From an uncultured Acidimicrobiaceae bacterium (GTDB lineage Bacteria > Actinomycetota > Acidimicrobiia > Acidimicrobiales > RAAP-2), in contig CAVWNE010000011.1 in the NCBI GenBank assembly GCA_963756325.1, forward strand, positions 25,893 to 89,892: DNA of 64,000 nucleotides. The letters are read 5' to 3'. The notes under the pieces were generated by a model, which made no database searches, had not been told where the DNA came from, and saw only the letters and a list, made by a program, of their open reading frames with translations. The translations under genes and the position numbers were made by a program. Of the stretch, positions 38,985 through 48,411 are shown in pieces (positions within the stretch are counted from its first letter, which is position 1; the number at the start of each line of letters is the position of its first letter).

Positions 38985-39569
38985 TCAGAGAGAGTTGAGA
39001 AAGAGCTCGTGAACGCGCGTGTCGCTTGAGAGCTCGGGGTGAAACGAGAGTCCCCACACGTGTCCCTGTCGCACCAACACCGGATGTTCGCCCGCCCCAT
39101 CGCCGTGGTCGAGGGCAGCGAGAACCTCCACTTCCTCGCTGACTTTCTCGATGCGCGGAGCCCGAATGAAGATGCCGGGCACCCGACCGACCCCTTTCAC
39201 CTCAAGCTCCGACTCAAAGCTCGCGATCTGGCGACCGTACCCGTTACGTCGAACGGACACCGAGAGCGCCCCGTAGCTCCACTGGTCGCTTCGCCCGTCC
39301 AGTATCTCGTCGCTCAAGAGTATGAGTCCGGCGCACGTCCCCAGCACCGGCATCTCTTCCTTCAGCTTCAGGGCCAACGCGTCGCTCAGCCCCGAAGTGA
39401 CCAGAAGATGGGCGATTGTCGTCGACTCTCCTCCGGGCAGCACCAGTGCGTCGACGTTGTCGAGAGCTTCCAGCGTGCGAACTTTGACGGCCTCCGCGCC
39501 GAGGGCGCTCAACATCGCGACGTGCTCTCCCACGTCGCCCTGAAGCGACAGCACGCCGACGCGCTTCAT
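38985..39569 (-). CDS. pdxT: pyridoxal 5'-phosphate synthase glutaminase subunit
   Basis: VGVLSLQGDV.EH, LPGGESTT, GTCAG, FHPE triad-type amidotransferase. Confidence 0.95.
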   Translation of the reverse strand: MKRVGVLSLQGDVGEHVAMLSALGAEAVKVRTLEALDNVDALVLPGGESTTIAHLLVTSGLSDALALKLKEEMPVLGTCAGLILLSDEILDGRSDQWSYGALSVSVRRNGYGRQIASFESELEVKGVGRVPGIFIRAPRIEKVSEEVEVLAALDHGDGAGEHPVLVRQGHVWGLSFHPELSSDTRVHELFLNSL

Positions 39570-40456
39570 TACCAGCCGCGCTCGGCCAACCGCTGTTCGA
39601 GCGACGCCGTCTCCCAGCCCTTCATGGCAGCGCCGAGTCCCGTGGAGACCTTGGCGACGACGCTGGCGTCTTCGAAGTGGGTGGCCGCTTCGACGATGGC
39701 TTGGGCCATGCGCACCGGCTCGTCACTCTTGAAGATGCCCGACCCCACGAACACCGCTTCGGCGCCCAGTTGCAAGACGAGTGAGGCGTCGGCGGGCGTC
39801 GAGATGCCGCCGGCGCAGAACAGGGGAACGGGCAACTTGCCCAACTCGGCCACTTCTTGAACCAGTGGGAGAGGAGCCTGGAGGTCCTTCGCCAATGAGT
39901 ACAACTCACTGGCGTCGGCGGTGTGGAGGCGACGAATCTGTGCGTTGATGGTACGCAGGTGGCGCACGGCCTCGACCACGTTGCCGGTCCCGGCCTCGCC
40001 CTTGGAGCGAATCATGCAGGCACCTTCGCCAACGCGCCGAAGGGCTTCGCCCAGATTGGTGGCGCCACAGACGAAGGGCACGGTGAAGGCCCACTTGTCG
40101 ATGTGGTTCTCTTCGTCGGCAGGGGTCAAGACTTCAGACTCGTCGATGTAGTCAACGTCGAGCGCTTGAAGGATTTGGGCTTCGGCGAAGTGTCCGATAC
40201 GGGCCTTCGCCATCACCGGGATGGTGACGGCCGCTTGAATCTCTTGGATCATCAGTGGATCGCTCATGCGAGCCACGCCGCCGTCGCGGCGAATGTCGGC
40301 CGGCACGCGCTCGAGCGCCATGACGGCGACCGCTCCCGCGTCCTCGGCGATCTTGGCCTGTTCCTGGTTGACAACGTCCATGATGACGCCGCCGCGCAAC
40401 ATGTCAGCGAGACCCCGCTTGACGAGGGCCGAACCGGTCGTGGAAGAAGAACTCAT
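39569..40456 (-). CDS. pdxS: pyridoxal 5'-phosphate synthase lyase subunit
   Basis: [42 protein letters not shown] is a highly conserved PdxS sequence. Confidence 0.97.
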   Translation of the reverse strand: MSSSSTTGSALVKRGLADMLRGGVIMDVVNQEQAKIAEDAGAVAVMALERVPADIRRDGGVARMSDPLMIQEIQAAVTIPVMAKARIGHFAEAQILQALDVDYIDESEVLTPADEENHIDKWAFTVPFVCGATNLGEALRRVGEGACMIRSKGEAGTGNVVEAVRHLRTINAQIRRLHTADASELYSLAKDLQAPLPLVQEVAELGKLPVPLFCAGGISTPADASLVLQLGAEAVFVGSGIFKSDEPVRMAQAIVEAATHFEDASVVAKVSTGLGAAMKGWETASLEQRLAERGW

Positions 40457-40479
40457 GACACCAGCCTAATGGCCGATGG

Positions 40480-41382
40480 TTACCACTCTTCGAGAGCGCG
40501 GGCCCGTAGTTCAGGGTCGTCGAGGTCGCCCAAGTCGCTGACTCGTCGATCGCTCCACTGATCAAAGAAAACCCAACGCCACTCGGCGTACTTCGGCGAG
40601 GCGAAAAACGAGTCGGTGGCTATCTCTTGGCGCGCGCACTTGCGCAACGCTCCGGCCAGGCCGAGCGGATAGCGAATACTGGCCGCGGCTACTTCATCGG
40701 CCCGATAGGCCTGCCCGCGACCGGCCAGGTTCTGTCGAGCCTCGCCGCTGATAGAGGAGACGGCGGCTACGGACTCGCGCTCCAACAGTCCGAGGCGTTG
40801 ACGCGCGAGACAGTGCGCGACCACACCTTCGAGCTCGATCAGTTCAAAATCCTGCATCAGTGCCGAGGTGACAAAGAGCGAGTACTTCGCGCCGTCAGGG
40901 ACCAGGGCCGCGTTATATCCCTGCTCGCTCACAATGAACGCTGAGACGTGATCGACACCAAAGGTGGCGGCCAATCGATCGAGGACCGTCACCAGTCGCA
41001 GGCGATTGGTCGGGTCGCCGCCGGGTGTGAAGGTGGCGAGCATCGAAGCACCCAAAGTGTGTCCGCGTTGGTGGTACGAGAGCAGGGACCGTCGAAGGCT
41101 CCACGCATAGAGCGCCGCGAGAAGGACGCCGAGCGCCGGCAGCCACGGTACGGCGACAACGCCCACGATCAGGGCCAGGACAATCACCGCGACCACGATC
41201 GTCTGTGGGAGTCGACGGCGAATGGCGAAGGCTCGGAGCGCGCGCTGATGATCGTGACGCTCAGCAGTCGAGGGCGCGTAGGGATTATTCCAGTCGGGAT
41301 CGAGCACCGGGGCCACGTAGCGTGGCGCGCGGTCGCGCGAATCGTGCAGGCGACGAGATCGCGAACGTTGCTTGGTGGCCAT
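40480..41382 (-). CDS. membrane protein with degenerate M48 (HtpX-like) peptidase domain
   Basis: Basic N-tail, TM hairpin, then ...YNAALVPDGAKYSLFVTSALMQDFELIELEGVVAHCLARQRLG... This aligns by eye to the M48 NAFA...vvvT.gLl..l...El.aVlAHElgH block, with HEXXH replaced by HCLAR. Confidence 0.5.
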   Translation of the reverse strand: MATKQRSRSRRLHDSRDRAPRYVAPVLDPDWNNPYAPSTAERHDHQRALRAFAIRRRLPQTIVVAVIVLALIVGVVAVPWLPALGVLLAALYAWSLRRSLLSYHQRGHTLGASMLATFTPGGDPTNRLRLVTVLDRLAATFGVDHVSAFIVSEQGYNAALVPDGAKYSLFVTSALMQDFELIELEGVVAHCLARQRLGLLERESVAAVSSISGEARQNLAGRGQAYRADEVAAASIRYPLGLAGALRKCARQEIATDSFFASPKYAEWRWVFFDQWSDRRVSDLGDLDDPELRARALEEW

Positions 41383-41386
41383 CTCT

Positions 41387-42496
41387 TTAGGCTACTGGGC
41401 TCGTAAATCGCTGCCGCGCGAGCTCGTAACGAGTCTCATACTCGTCCATCAACTTCGCCATCGACCAGTTTTCGCCGTAGCGACGCGCCGCCTCCGTGCG
41501 TTTCGGACTCTCCTCACCCAGGGCGCTCTCCACGGCGAGTTCAAGGGAGTGCGCGTCACCGGGATGAAAGAGCGTCGCGTGACCTCCGGCCGCCTCGCGA
41601 TAGCCGTTGATGTCGCTCGCCACGACCAGTGTCTCACTCGCCATGCCCTCGAGGAGCACGAGCCCAAAACTCTCGCCGTGGGTCGAGGGGGCCACGAGAG
41701 CGTGCACGCGACGAAGCCATGAGCGCTTCTGGGCGTCGCTCACTCGCCCCAGGAAGACCACCCTCGGATCATGCGCGGCTAAAGCCTCCAGCCGATTGCG
41801 ATCTCCCCCCTCTCCTGCGATCACCAGTCGCCAGGGCTTGCCTGGGCGAGCGTTGTGTTCACGCGTCGCTTCAATCAGGGTGCCCACGCCCTTTCGCTCC
41901 TCCAGTCGCCCCACGTAGAAGAGGACAGTTTCGACGGAACGTTCGCGAGCGGTCGCGACGAAGCGTTCGGTCTCGAACCCGTTGAAGAGAATCTCGCACT
42001 CCATTCCCGCGGCTCGTTGGAGCGTCTCCGCCGCAGCCGGACTCACGGCTACCGCGACATCCAGGCGTTGACTCAACGCGCGAATGATTGGCGCGCCGTA
42101 TTTCATGGCCGGTCCGTCGCCACTTCGGTGAAAAGTACCGACGGTCGGGAACTGGTGCGCCCAGAGAGTGGCCCACCCCAGCACCGGCGCGAAGGGCTCG
42201 TGCAAGTGGATGACCTCGGGACGAAACGAGAAAATGAGGTCCTTGGCGCGTTGGGATGCCATCGGCGACAACGTCAGCGGAGCTCGTGAACCGTTGGCCG
42301 GTATGGAGGACCGAGGACCGAGGCGTACCACCTTGGCTGGTGTGTCGTACTTGGTGTGGTCGTGCGAGTCGGGAGCGAGGATGAGAACATCGTGGCCGCG
42401 CTGTGACAGCACGCGGCTCATCGCGAGCACCTGCTCTTGCACGCCGCCGAACACGCTCAGCGCGTAGGGAGTGACAAGGGCGATACGTCTCGTCAC
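41387..42496 (-). CDS. pimA: GT4 phosphatidyl-myo-inositol mannosyltransferase
   Basis: GT-B/GT4 motifs (GGVQEQV..., PSTHGESFGLVLLEGMA) and conserved position next to the acyltransferase and PI synthase genes. Confidence 0.8.
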   Translation of the reverse strand: MTRRIALVTPYALSVFGGVQEQVLAMSRVLSQRGHDVLILAPDSHDHTKYDTPAKVVRLGPRSSIPANGSRAPLTLSPMASQRAKDLIFSFRPEVIHLHEPFAPVLGWATLWAHQFPTVGTFHRSGDGPAMKYGAPIIRALSQRLDVAVAVSPAAAETLQRAAGMECEILFNGFETERFVATARERSVETVLFYVGRLEERKGVGTLIEATREHNARPGKPWRLVIAGEGGDRNRLEALAAHDPRVVFLGRVSDAQKRSWLRRVHALVAPSTHGESFGLVLLEGMASETLVVASDINGYREAAGGHATLFHPGDAHSLELAVESALGEESPKRTEAARRYGENWSMAKLMDEYETRYELARQRFTSPVA

Positions 42497-43380
42497 GAGT
42501 CAAAGCGCGGCTGAAGGACGTGCCACTGCTCGGGGGCGCGGCGGATCAGATGCTCCAGCTCGCGGGTCACGTCCTGGGTGATGCGAAGCACGTCCTCGCG
42601 AAGACGCGAACTCGTGCGGGTGGTGTCGATCGGCGGTGTCACGACGGCGTGATGATCGCGTCCGGGACCGCTGTAGCAGGCCGCCACCACCAGCGACGCA
42701 CCGGTTCGAAGGGCCAGTGTCGCGGGACCGCCCGGCATGGTCACGCGCCGGGAGAAGAAGTCGACCTCCACCCCGTCACCTTGTAGATCGCGGTCACAGA
42801 GCAGTCCCACCACGCCCCCCTCGCGCAGGGTCGACAGAAGCACCGTTCCGGCGTGGGAGTTGAGCGGTTCGATGAGAATGCCAATGGACTCACGTTTCTT
42901 CTTGAACCACGCGAAAAACTCCGGCGGATCGAGTTCCTCAGCGACGGCCGTCATGGTGAGTCCGATGGAGTCGAGGAAGGAGCCGCCCCACTCCCACGAT
43001 CCAATGTGGGGCAAGGCGATGATGACTCCCCGTCCCCGCTCCTTCGCCGCCAGCAGATGCTCGAGACCCTCGGCGATTGCGAAGCGATCAGTGATCGTCG
43101 ATTTCTTCAGAGCCGGAAGCTTGGCCCCCTCGGCCCAGTACTGGCCGTATCCGGCAAACCCTCGATCGACGAACTCCTCAACCAGAGCGTCGCTGACCGA
43201 CGCGTTGGGGGCGGTCAAGACCTGGCGAAGATTGGCGCTCAGGTTGGCCCGGGCCGCGTGATGACGCCGTCCTACGGACTGGGCGACTCTCGAGGCGATC
43301 GCCACGTCGACGCGTTCGGGCAACGCTTCCATGCAGGCACCAAGCGCTTTGTACGCCGCCACGCGCGCGGTGGTGGCCAC
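42493..43380 (-). CDS. PIM acyltransferase (LpxL/HtrB lipid-A-biosynthesis acyltransferase family)
   Basis: ALPHIGSWEWGG (HX4D-type acyltransferase box region). Synteny equals mycobacterial Rv2611c. Confidence 0.75.
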   Translation of the reverse strand: MATTARVAAYKALGACMEALPERVDVAIASRVAQSVGRRHHAARANLSANLRQVLTAPNASVSDALVEEFVDRGFAGYGQYWAEGAKLPALKKSTITDRFAIAEGLEHLLAAKERGRGVIIALPHIGSWEWGGSFLDSIGLTMTAVAEELDPPEFFAWFKKKRESIGILIEPLNSHAGTVLLSTLREGGVVGLLCDRDLQGDGVEVDFFSRRVTMPGGPATLALRTGASLVVAACYSGPGRDHHAVVTPPIDTTRTSSRLREDVLRITQDVTRELEHLIRRAPEQWHVLQPRFDS

Positions 43381-43382
43381 CG

Positions 43383-44048
43383 TTAGTGACGCGAAGCGCG
43401 ACTAAGACCTTGACGCAACCGCCGACTGTGCTGGCGAGCGCGCAAGGTCGGCGCAGTTGAGGGCGCTGGTCGCGCGGCGACCTGCCAGACCCTCCAGAAA
43501 CGTCCGGCCGCAGTCATCGCCGTGAGACCCAACATGACCCACAGCACCGGAATAAATATGGTGTAGGTCACCAAGCCGACGCCGAGCAAGATCATGCGTT
43601 CGGCGCGCTCCATGAGACCACCCTTGGCCGCCAGTCCCAGGCTCTCCGCCTTGGATCGTTGGTAGGAGATTAAGAACGTGGTGGTCAAGATGCCAAAGGG
43701 CAAGAGAACCAACTGTCCGTGGTGGTGCGAGGTGAGGTAGAAGGCCACCCCGCCCATGATGATCGCGTCCCCGACGCGATCGGTCACCGAGTCAAAGAAG
43801 CTGCCCCGTTGACTGGCCCGATGGCTGGCCTTGGCGACGGCGCCATCGAGCAGGTCGTGAAAACCGGTCAAGGTGAGCAAGACAATGGCCAACCAGTTGT
43901 ACCCCGCGGCGATGGCCCAGGCCGTCGCGCAGGCGAAAACCAGCCCAGAAAAGGTGAGGACGTCGGCCGAAAAGCCAATTCGTACGAGCCCGCGCCCCAC
44001 GGGCGCCATCCTCGTGTCTACCGACTGGCGAAATTTGCCGTCGAACAT
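43383..44048 (-). CDS. pgsA1: CDP-alcohol phosphatidyltransferase (phosphatidylinositol-phosphate synthase)
   Basis: DLLDGAVAKASHRASQRGSFFDSVTDRVGD is the D(x)2DG(x)2AR...G(x)3D(x)3D motif. Synteny with pimA. Confidence 0.8.
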   Translation of the reverse strand: MFDGKFRQSVDTRMAPVGRGLVRIGFSADVLTFSGLVFACATAWAIAAGYNWLAIVLLTLTGFHDLLDGAVAKASHRASQRGSFFDSVTDRVGDAIIMGGVAFYLTSHHHGQLVLLPFGILTTTFLISYQRSKAESLGLAAKGGLMERAERMILLGVGLVTYTIFIPVLWVMLGLTAMTAAGRFWRVWQVAARPAPSTAPTLRARQHSRRLRQGLSRASRH

Positions 44049-44087
44049 CGACCCTCTTGGCTCATGGCGTCAGTCTACCTATACCCA

Positions 44088-44603
44088 TCAGTAACTCTCG
44101 GTTCCCAACTGGTCGTATACCTTGTGCCAGGTCGAGACCAACGACTCAGACAGCACCCGGGTTTCACCGATCGTGGTCATGAAATTGGTGTCGCCATTCC
44201 AACGCGGCAACGCGTGTCCGTGCAGGTGGCGAGGGATGCCCGCGCCGGCGGCCGAGCCCAGGTTCATACCCACGTTCATCCCGTCGGGGTGATACGCGCC
44301 ATTAAGGGCGGTGACCGCCCGACGGAGCACGCCCACGTAGTCCAAGTACTCCTCGTCGCTCAGGTCCTCAAAGTTCGCCACGTGGCGGTAGGGCACGACC
44401 AAGAGGTGTCCCGAGCCGTAGGGAAAGGCGTTCAGCACGAGAAACGCGTACTCACTGCGCCACAGCACGCCCGTCGACTCATCGACGGGCTCGGTCGCGA
44501 GTTGGCAGAAGACACAACTCGCGTCGTCGTGGTCGTGCTCGCCGGCGAAGGCTCCCGAGACGTAGCTCTCGCGCCACGCCGCCGAGAATCGCTCCAGACC
44601 CAT
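44088..44603 (-). CDS. HIT-family protein (Ap4A phosphorylase-like, Rv2613c-type)
   Basis: CVFC, NAFPYGSGHLLVVP and the histidine triad RHLHGHALPRW. Start shares one nt with the thrS stop. Confidence 0.8.
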   Translation of the reverse strand: MGLERFSAAWRESYVSGAFAGEHDHDDASCVFCQLATEPVDESTGVLWRSEYAFLVLNAFPYGSGHLLVVPYRHVANFEDLSDEEYLDYVGVLRRAVTALNGAYHPDGMNVGMNLGSAAGAGIPRHLHGHALPRWNGDTNFMTTIGETRVLSESLVSTWHKVYDQLGTESY

Positions 44604-46585
44604 CAGGGCGCCTCGGGCGAGGCGTGACGAGCGACCTCATCGACGACCCGCTGTGCGAACTCCCCCACCTTGACGCCGCGCTCGGGATCGTTCGAGCCGC
44701 GCGCGTTGATGCCGAGGGTGCCGTTCGCGACGTCGTCGTCACCCACCACGATCACGTAGGGGATCTTCTCCAGCTTGGCCTTTCGGATACGCGCGCCCAG
44801 TGGTTCGGTGGCGTCTTCCACGTGGGTGCGAAGACCACGCTCGCGCAACAGCGCCGCGACCTCGTAGGCGTAGTCGTCATGGTCGTTGCGCACGCCGAGG
44901 ACTCGGACTTGCTCGGGGCAGAGCCAGGTCGGCAGGTTACCGGCGTAGTGCTCGATCAAGATTGCCAGGAAACGCTCAACCGACCCAAAAAGGGCACGAT
45001 GAATCATGATCGGACGTTGACGCGTGTTGTCGGGAGCGACGTAGGTGATGTCGAAGTTGTTGGGCGTCTGGAAGTCCAACTGGACGGTCGACATCTGATG
45101 GGTACGACCGATCGCGTCCCTCGCTTGCACCGAGATTTTTGGTCCGTAAAAGGCACCGCCGCCGGGATCCATGACGAACTCAAGGCCGGCCGCCTGACCC
45201 ACCTCGGCGAGGATCGCCTCGGCCTCCGCCCACTCTTCGTCGGTCCCGATCGCCTTGCCTGGAGGTCGGGTCGAGAGTTCCAGATAGAAGTCATTGAGAC
45301 CAAAGTCACGAAGGAGATCGAGCACGAAGTTGAGCGTTCTCGTCAACTCGTCTTTCATTTGATCGCGGGTGCAGAAAATATGCGCGTCGTCTTGTGTCAT
45401 GCCCCGAACTCGCGTCAGTCCTTGAACGACACCGGACTTTTCGTAGCGATAGACCGAGCCGAACTCAAACATGCGCAGCGGCAACTCACGGTAGCTGCGC
45501 TGGCGCGCGGCGAAGATTGTCGTGTGAAACGGGCAGTTCATCGGCTTGAGGTAGTACCGCTGACCCTCGTCCAGAATCATCGGCGGGTACATACCCTCAG
45601 CGAACCAGGTGAGATGCCCCGAGGTCTCGAAGAGCTCCGCCTTGGTGATGTGGGGTGAGTAGACGAACTCGTATCCCGAGACCTCGTGACGCTGTCGCGA
45701 GTACTCCTCCATCACACGGCGGATGATTCCCCCGCGGGGATGAAAGAGGGCGAGGCCCGGGCCGATCTCACTCGGAAATGAGTAGAGGTCAAGTTCGGCT
45801 CCCAATTTTCGGTGATCGCGCGCTTCCGCCTCTTCCATTTGATGAAGATGAGCAGCCAGAGCCTCCTTCGACTCCCACGCCGTGCCGTAGATCCGCTGGA
45901 GCTGTGGGTTGTCCTCGTCCCCACGCCAGTACGCCCCGGCGACACGCGTCAACAGAAACGCCCCGAGTCGTGCCGTGGTGGGCACGTGGGGGCCCCGGCA
46001 CAGATCCACGAAGGCGGGCGTGTTCGAGTAGGTCGAGACAACCTCCTCCCCCCCGGTTTCGGCGAGATCTTCTTCGCTACCTCTCGCCACCGCCTCAATG
46101 ATCTCGACCTTGAAGGGCTGATCGCGAAACAGTTCCAGGGCGTCGCCGATGACGTACTCGCGGCGCGTAAAAGGTTGATCTTCGGCGATGATGGCGCGCA
46201 TCTCTGCGTCCACACGCGTGAGGTCGTCATCACTGAAGCGCACTCCACCAGGGAGTTCGAAGTCGTAGTAGAAGCCGTCGCGAATGGCGGGTCCAATCGC
46301 GTAGTGCGCTCCGGGCCACAGTCGTGTCACAGCCTGAGCCATCACGTGGGCCGTTGAGTGACGAAGGACCTCTCGCCCGTCGTCGCTGGGCGCGGTGACG
46401 AGGGACACCTTGTCGCCGTTGGCGAGAGGCGACGTCAGATCAGTGAGGGAGCCATTTACTTTGGCGGCCAGCGCATCCTTCGCCAGCCGCTTTCCGATCG
46501 CGGCGGCAAGATCCAGGGCCGTCGCGCCCTGCTCGAGGGTTCGGGCACTGCCATCAGGGAGTTCAACTGAGATCTCGGCCATCAC
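44603..46585 (-). CDS. thrS: threonine--tRNA ligase
   Basis: TGS N-domain, editing HSTAHVMAQA, class II core (FHPRGG, YKPMNCPFH, RVRGMTQDDAHIF, FYGPKI) and an anticodon domain. Confidence 0.97.
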   Translation of the reverse strand: MMAEISVELPDGSARTLEQGATALDLAAAIGKRLAKDALAAKVNGSLTDLTSPLANGDKVSLVTAPSDDGREVLRHSTAHVMAQAVTRLWPGAHYAIGPAIRDGFYYDFELPGGVRFSDDDLTRVDAEMRAIIAEDQPFTRREYVIGDALELFRDQPFKVEIIEAVARGSEEDLAETGGEEVVSTYSNTPAFVDLCRGPHVPTTARLGAFLLTRVAGAYWRGDEDNPQLQRIYGTAWESKEALAAHLHQMEEAEARDHRKLGAELDLYSFPSEIGPGLALFHPRGGIIRRVMEEYSRQRHEVSGYEFVYSPHITKAELFETSGHLTWFAEGMYPPMILDEGQRYYLKPMNCPFHTTIFAARQRSYRELPLRMFEFGSVYRYEKSGVVQGLTRVRGMTQDDAHIFCTRDQMKDELTRTLNFVLDLLRDFGLNDFYLELSTRPPGKAIGTDEEWAEAEAILAEVGQAAGLEFVMDPGGGAFYGPKISVQARDAIGRTHQMSTVQLDFQTPNNFDITYVAPDNTRQRPIMIHRALFGSVERFLAILIEHYAGNLPTWLCPEQVRVLGVRNDHDDYAYEVAALLRERGLRTHVEDATEPLGARIRKAKLEKIPYVIVVGDDDVANGTLGINARGSNDPERGVKVGEFAQRVVDEVARHASPEAP

Positions 46586-46599
46586 TTACCTTTCGCTGA

Positions 46600-47718
46600 T
46601 TACAGCGTAACGCCGAGCAACGTGGCGGCCGAGGTGACGTTGGCCCCCGCGTGTGCGGCGGCGTCGATCGCGAGCAGAGCGCCTGGCGTATCGAGGTCGT
46701 CGTCCAGGGCGCTTCGCACCTCATCGAGAACGTTCGACGTACGACCCGTCAACGAGGAGCGCCACGTCGCCAGTCGCGACTGTGCACGTGACAACATCTC
46801 GTCGCGCCACTCCCAGTCCTCGCGATAGTGCCGATCAAGCAACGAAAGTCGTACCGCGGCCGGCTCCGAACGGCTGACCAGTTCGTGCACGAAGACAAGG
46901 TTGCCCAAGGACTTACTCATCTTCACCCCGTCAAGTCCGACCAGCCCCACGTGCATCCAGTGCTTCACGAAGGGCTCGCCGGTCACGGTCTCACTTTGGG
47001 CAGCCTCACACTCGTGATGGGGATAGGCCAGATCGCGCCCGCCGCCGTGCACGTCAAGGGTGACCCCGAGTTCTCGCAGCGCCAGCGCGGAGCACTCAAT
47101 GTGCCAACCGGGCCGACCGGGCCCCCAGCGCGACTCCCACGCCGGTTCATCCTCTAACGAGGTCTGCCACAAGACGAAGTCCAACGGGTCACGTTTGCGA
47201 GGGTCGTCGGGCCGTCCTCCGTGAATCGCCGCGAGTTCCAACATGACCTCTCGACTGTCATGGCTGACCTGGCCGAAACGTGGAAACTTCCCCACTTCGA
47301 AGTACACGTTGCCCTCGACCTGGTACGCCACGCCGCGATCGAAACTCTCTCCGATCAGCGTCAGGATCTCGGGAATCGCGCTCGTCGCTCGGGGTTCGGA
47401 ATACACCGGAAGGAGGTTAATGAGCTTCATGTCGCGCTCGAAGATGGTCATTTCTTGGGCCGCGAGATCGAGGTAGTTCACGCCGAGCTCGCGAGCCTTG
47501 CGCAAGATATCGTCGTCGACGTCGGTGACGTTGCGAACGCAACGCGCCTCATGGCCCGCGTCGATCAATCGACGGCTCAGCGTGTCAAAGGCCAGATAGA
47601 CGAACGCGTGCCCCAAATGCGCAGAGTCATAGGGCGTAATGCCACAGCTGTAGAGCGTGGCCACGGGGCCGACCTCCAGCGGGAAGACCCCCCGACGCGC
47701 ACTGTCGTAGAGCTGCAT
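46600..47718 (-). CDS. mshC: L-cysteine:1D-myo-inositol 2-amino-2-deoxy-alpha-D-glucopyranoside ligase (mycothiol ligase)
   Basis: CysRS-like catalytic core (HLGHA, KMSKSLGN) without the CysRS anticodon domain (372 aa). MshC-typical blocks NVTDVDDD, DPLDFVLWQ, WGPGRPGWHIECSA, GGGRDLAYPHHE, and the ending ...LLGVTL. Confidence 0.85.
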   Translation of the reverse strand: MQLYDSARRGVFPLEVGPVATLYSCGITPYDSAHLGHAFVYLAFDTLSRRLIDAGHEARCVRNVTDVDDDILRKARELGVNYLDLAAQEMTIFERDMKLINLLPVYSEPRATSAIPEILTLIGESFDRGVAYQVEGNVYFEVGKFPRFGQVSHDSREVMLELAAIHGGRPDDPRKRDPLDFVLWQTSLEDEPAWESRWGPGRPGWHIECSALALRELGVTLDVHGGGRDLAYPHHECEAAQSETVTGEPFVKHWMHVGLVGLDGVKMSKSLGNLVFVHELVSRSEPAAVRLSLLDRHYREDWEWRDEMLSRAQSRLATWRSSLTGRTSNVLDEVRSALDDDLDTPGALLAIDAAAHAGANVTSAATLLGVTL

Positions 47719-48380
47719 CAGTCAGTCAGCCCAGCCAGTTTCACGTACGTATGCACTTGGTGACGAATATTGATGGTGATGCACACCGCGGTAAAGGCCT
47801 CAATGGCACTGGCGAGCGACATCGATCCTGCTTCCACTCCATGAAGGCCGGGCATGTCGTTCACCATCTCAACTACCGTCGCGCGCCCCGCGGCGCTGTC
47901 GGAGAAAATTACGACGTCCGCCTCGAGTCCGCTGTCGAGGTTTTCCATCTCGCCCGCGGGCAAATGGTGAAAGGCGCCCACGACGGTGCTCTCGGGCAAC
48001 GCGAAGGCCAGTTGCGCCGCCATCGAACCGCGTGGCGGATAGAGCGGGACGAGCTCCTTTCCCTCGCGCACGAGCGCGTTCACCATCGAAATGACGACCT
48101 TCCCCTTCAGTGACTCGCGCAGGCCCTTCACCGTGTGGATCGCCGAGTCCCAGGGTGTGGCGACGATTACGACCTCGCAGTCCGCGGCCGCTTCATTGGT
48201 CCCTCCACGAATAACGCCGTCCCCGCGAGGAAGAAGAGTCGACGCTGTGACCTCCGCGCGAGTTTCGTCACGTGAACCGAGAATGATGTCGTAGCCCGCA
48301 CTGGCGAGCCGAATGGCTACGCCTCGACCGGCCGGACCGGTACCGCCCAACACTCCCACTGTCGTCACTGTCGTCCCCAA
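47718..48380 (-). CDS. npdG: NADPH-dependent F420 reductase
   Basis: VGVLGGTGPAGRGVAIRLA..G..I.LGSR Rossmann start and NpdG/Fno length (about 220 aa). Confidence 0.75.
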   Translation of the reverse strand: MGTTVTTVGVLGGTGPAGRGVAIRLASAGYDIILGSRDETRAEVTASTLLPRGDGVIRGGTNEAAADCEVVIVATPWDSAIHTVKGLRESLKGKVVISMVNALVREGKELVPLYPPRGSMAAQLAFALPESTVVGAFHHLPAGEMENLDSGLEADVVIFSDSAAGRATVVEMVNDMPGLHGVEAGSMSLASAIEAFTAVCITINIRHQVHTYVKLAGLTD

Positions 48381-48411
48381 TGCTCGAAATCCCTAGAAGT
48401 ACGCTAGCGAC

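Noticed and set aside
46600-47718. Possible cysteine--tRNA ligase (cysS).
   Set aside because: It lacks the C-terminal anticodon-binding domain and matches MshC-specific blocks over its full length by eye. It is called mshC instead.
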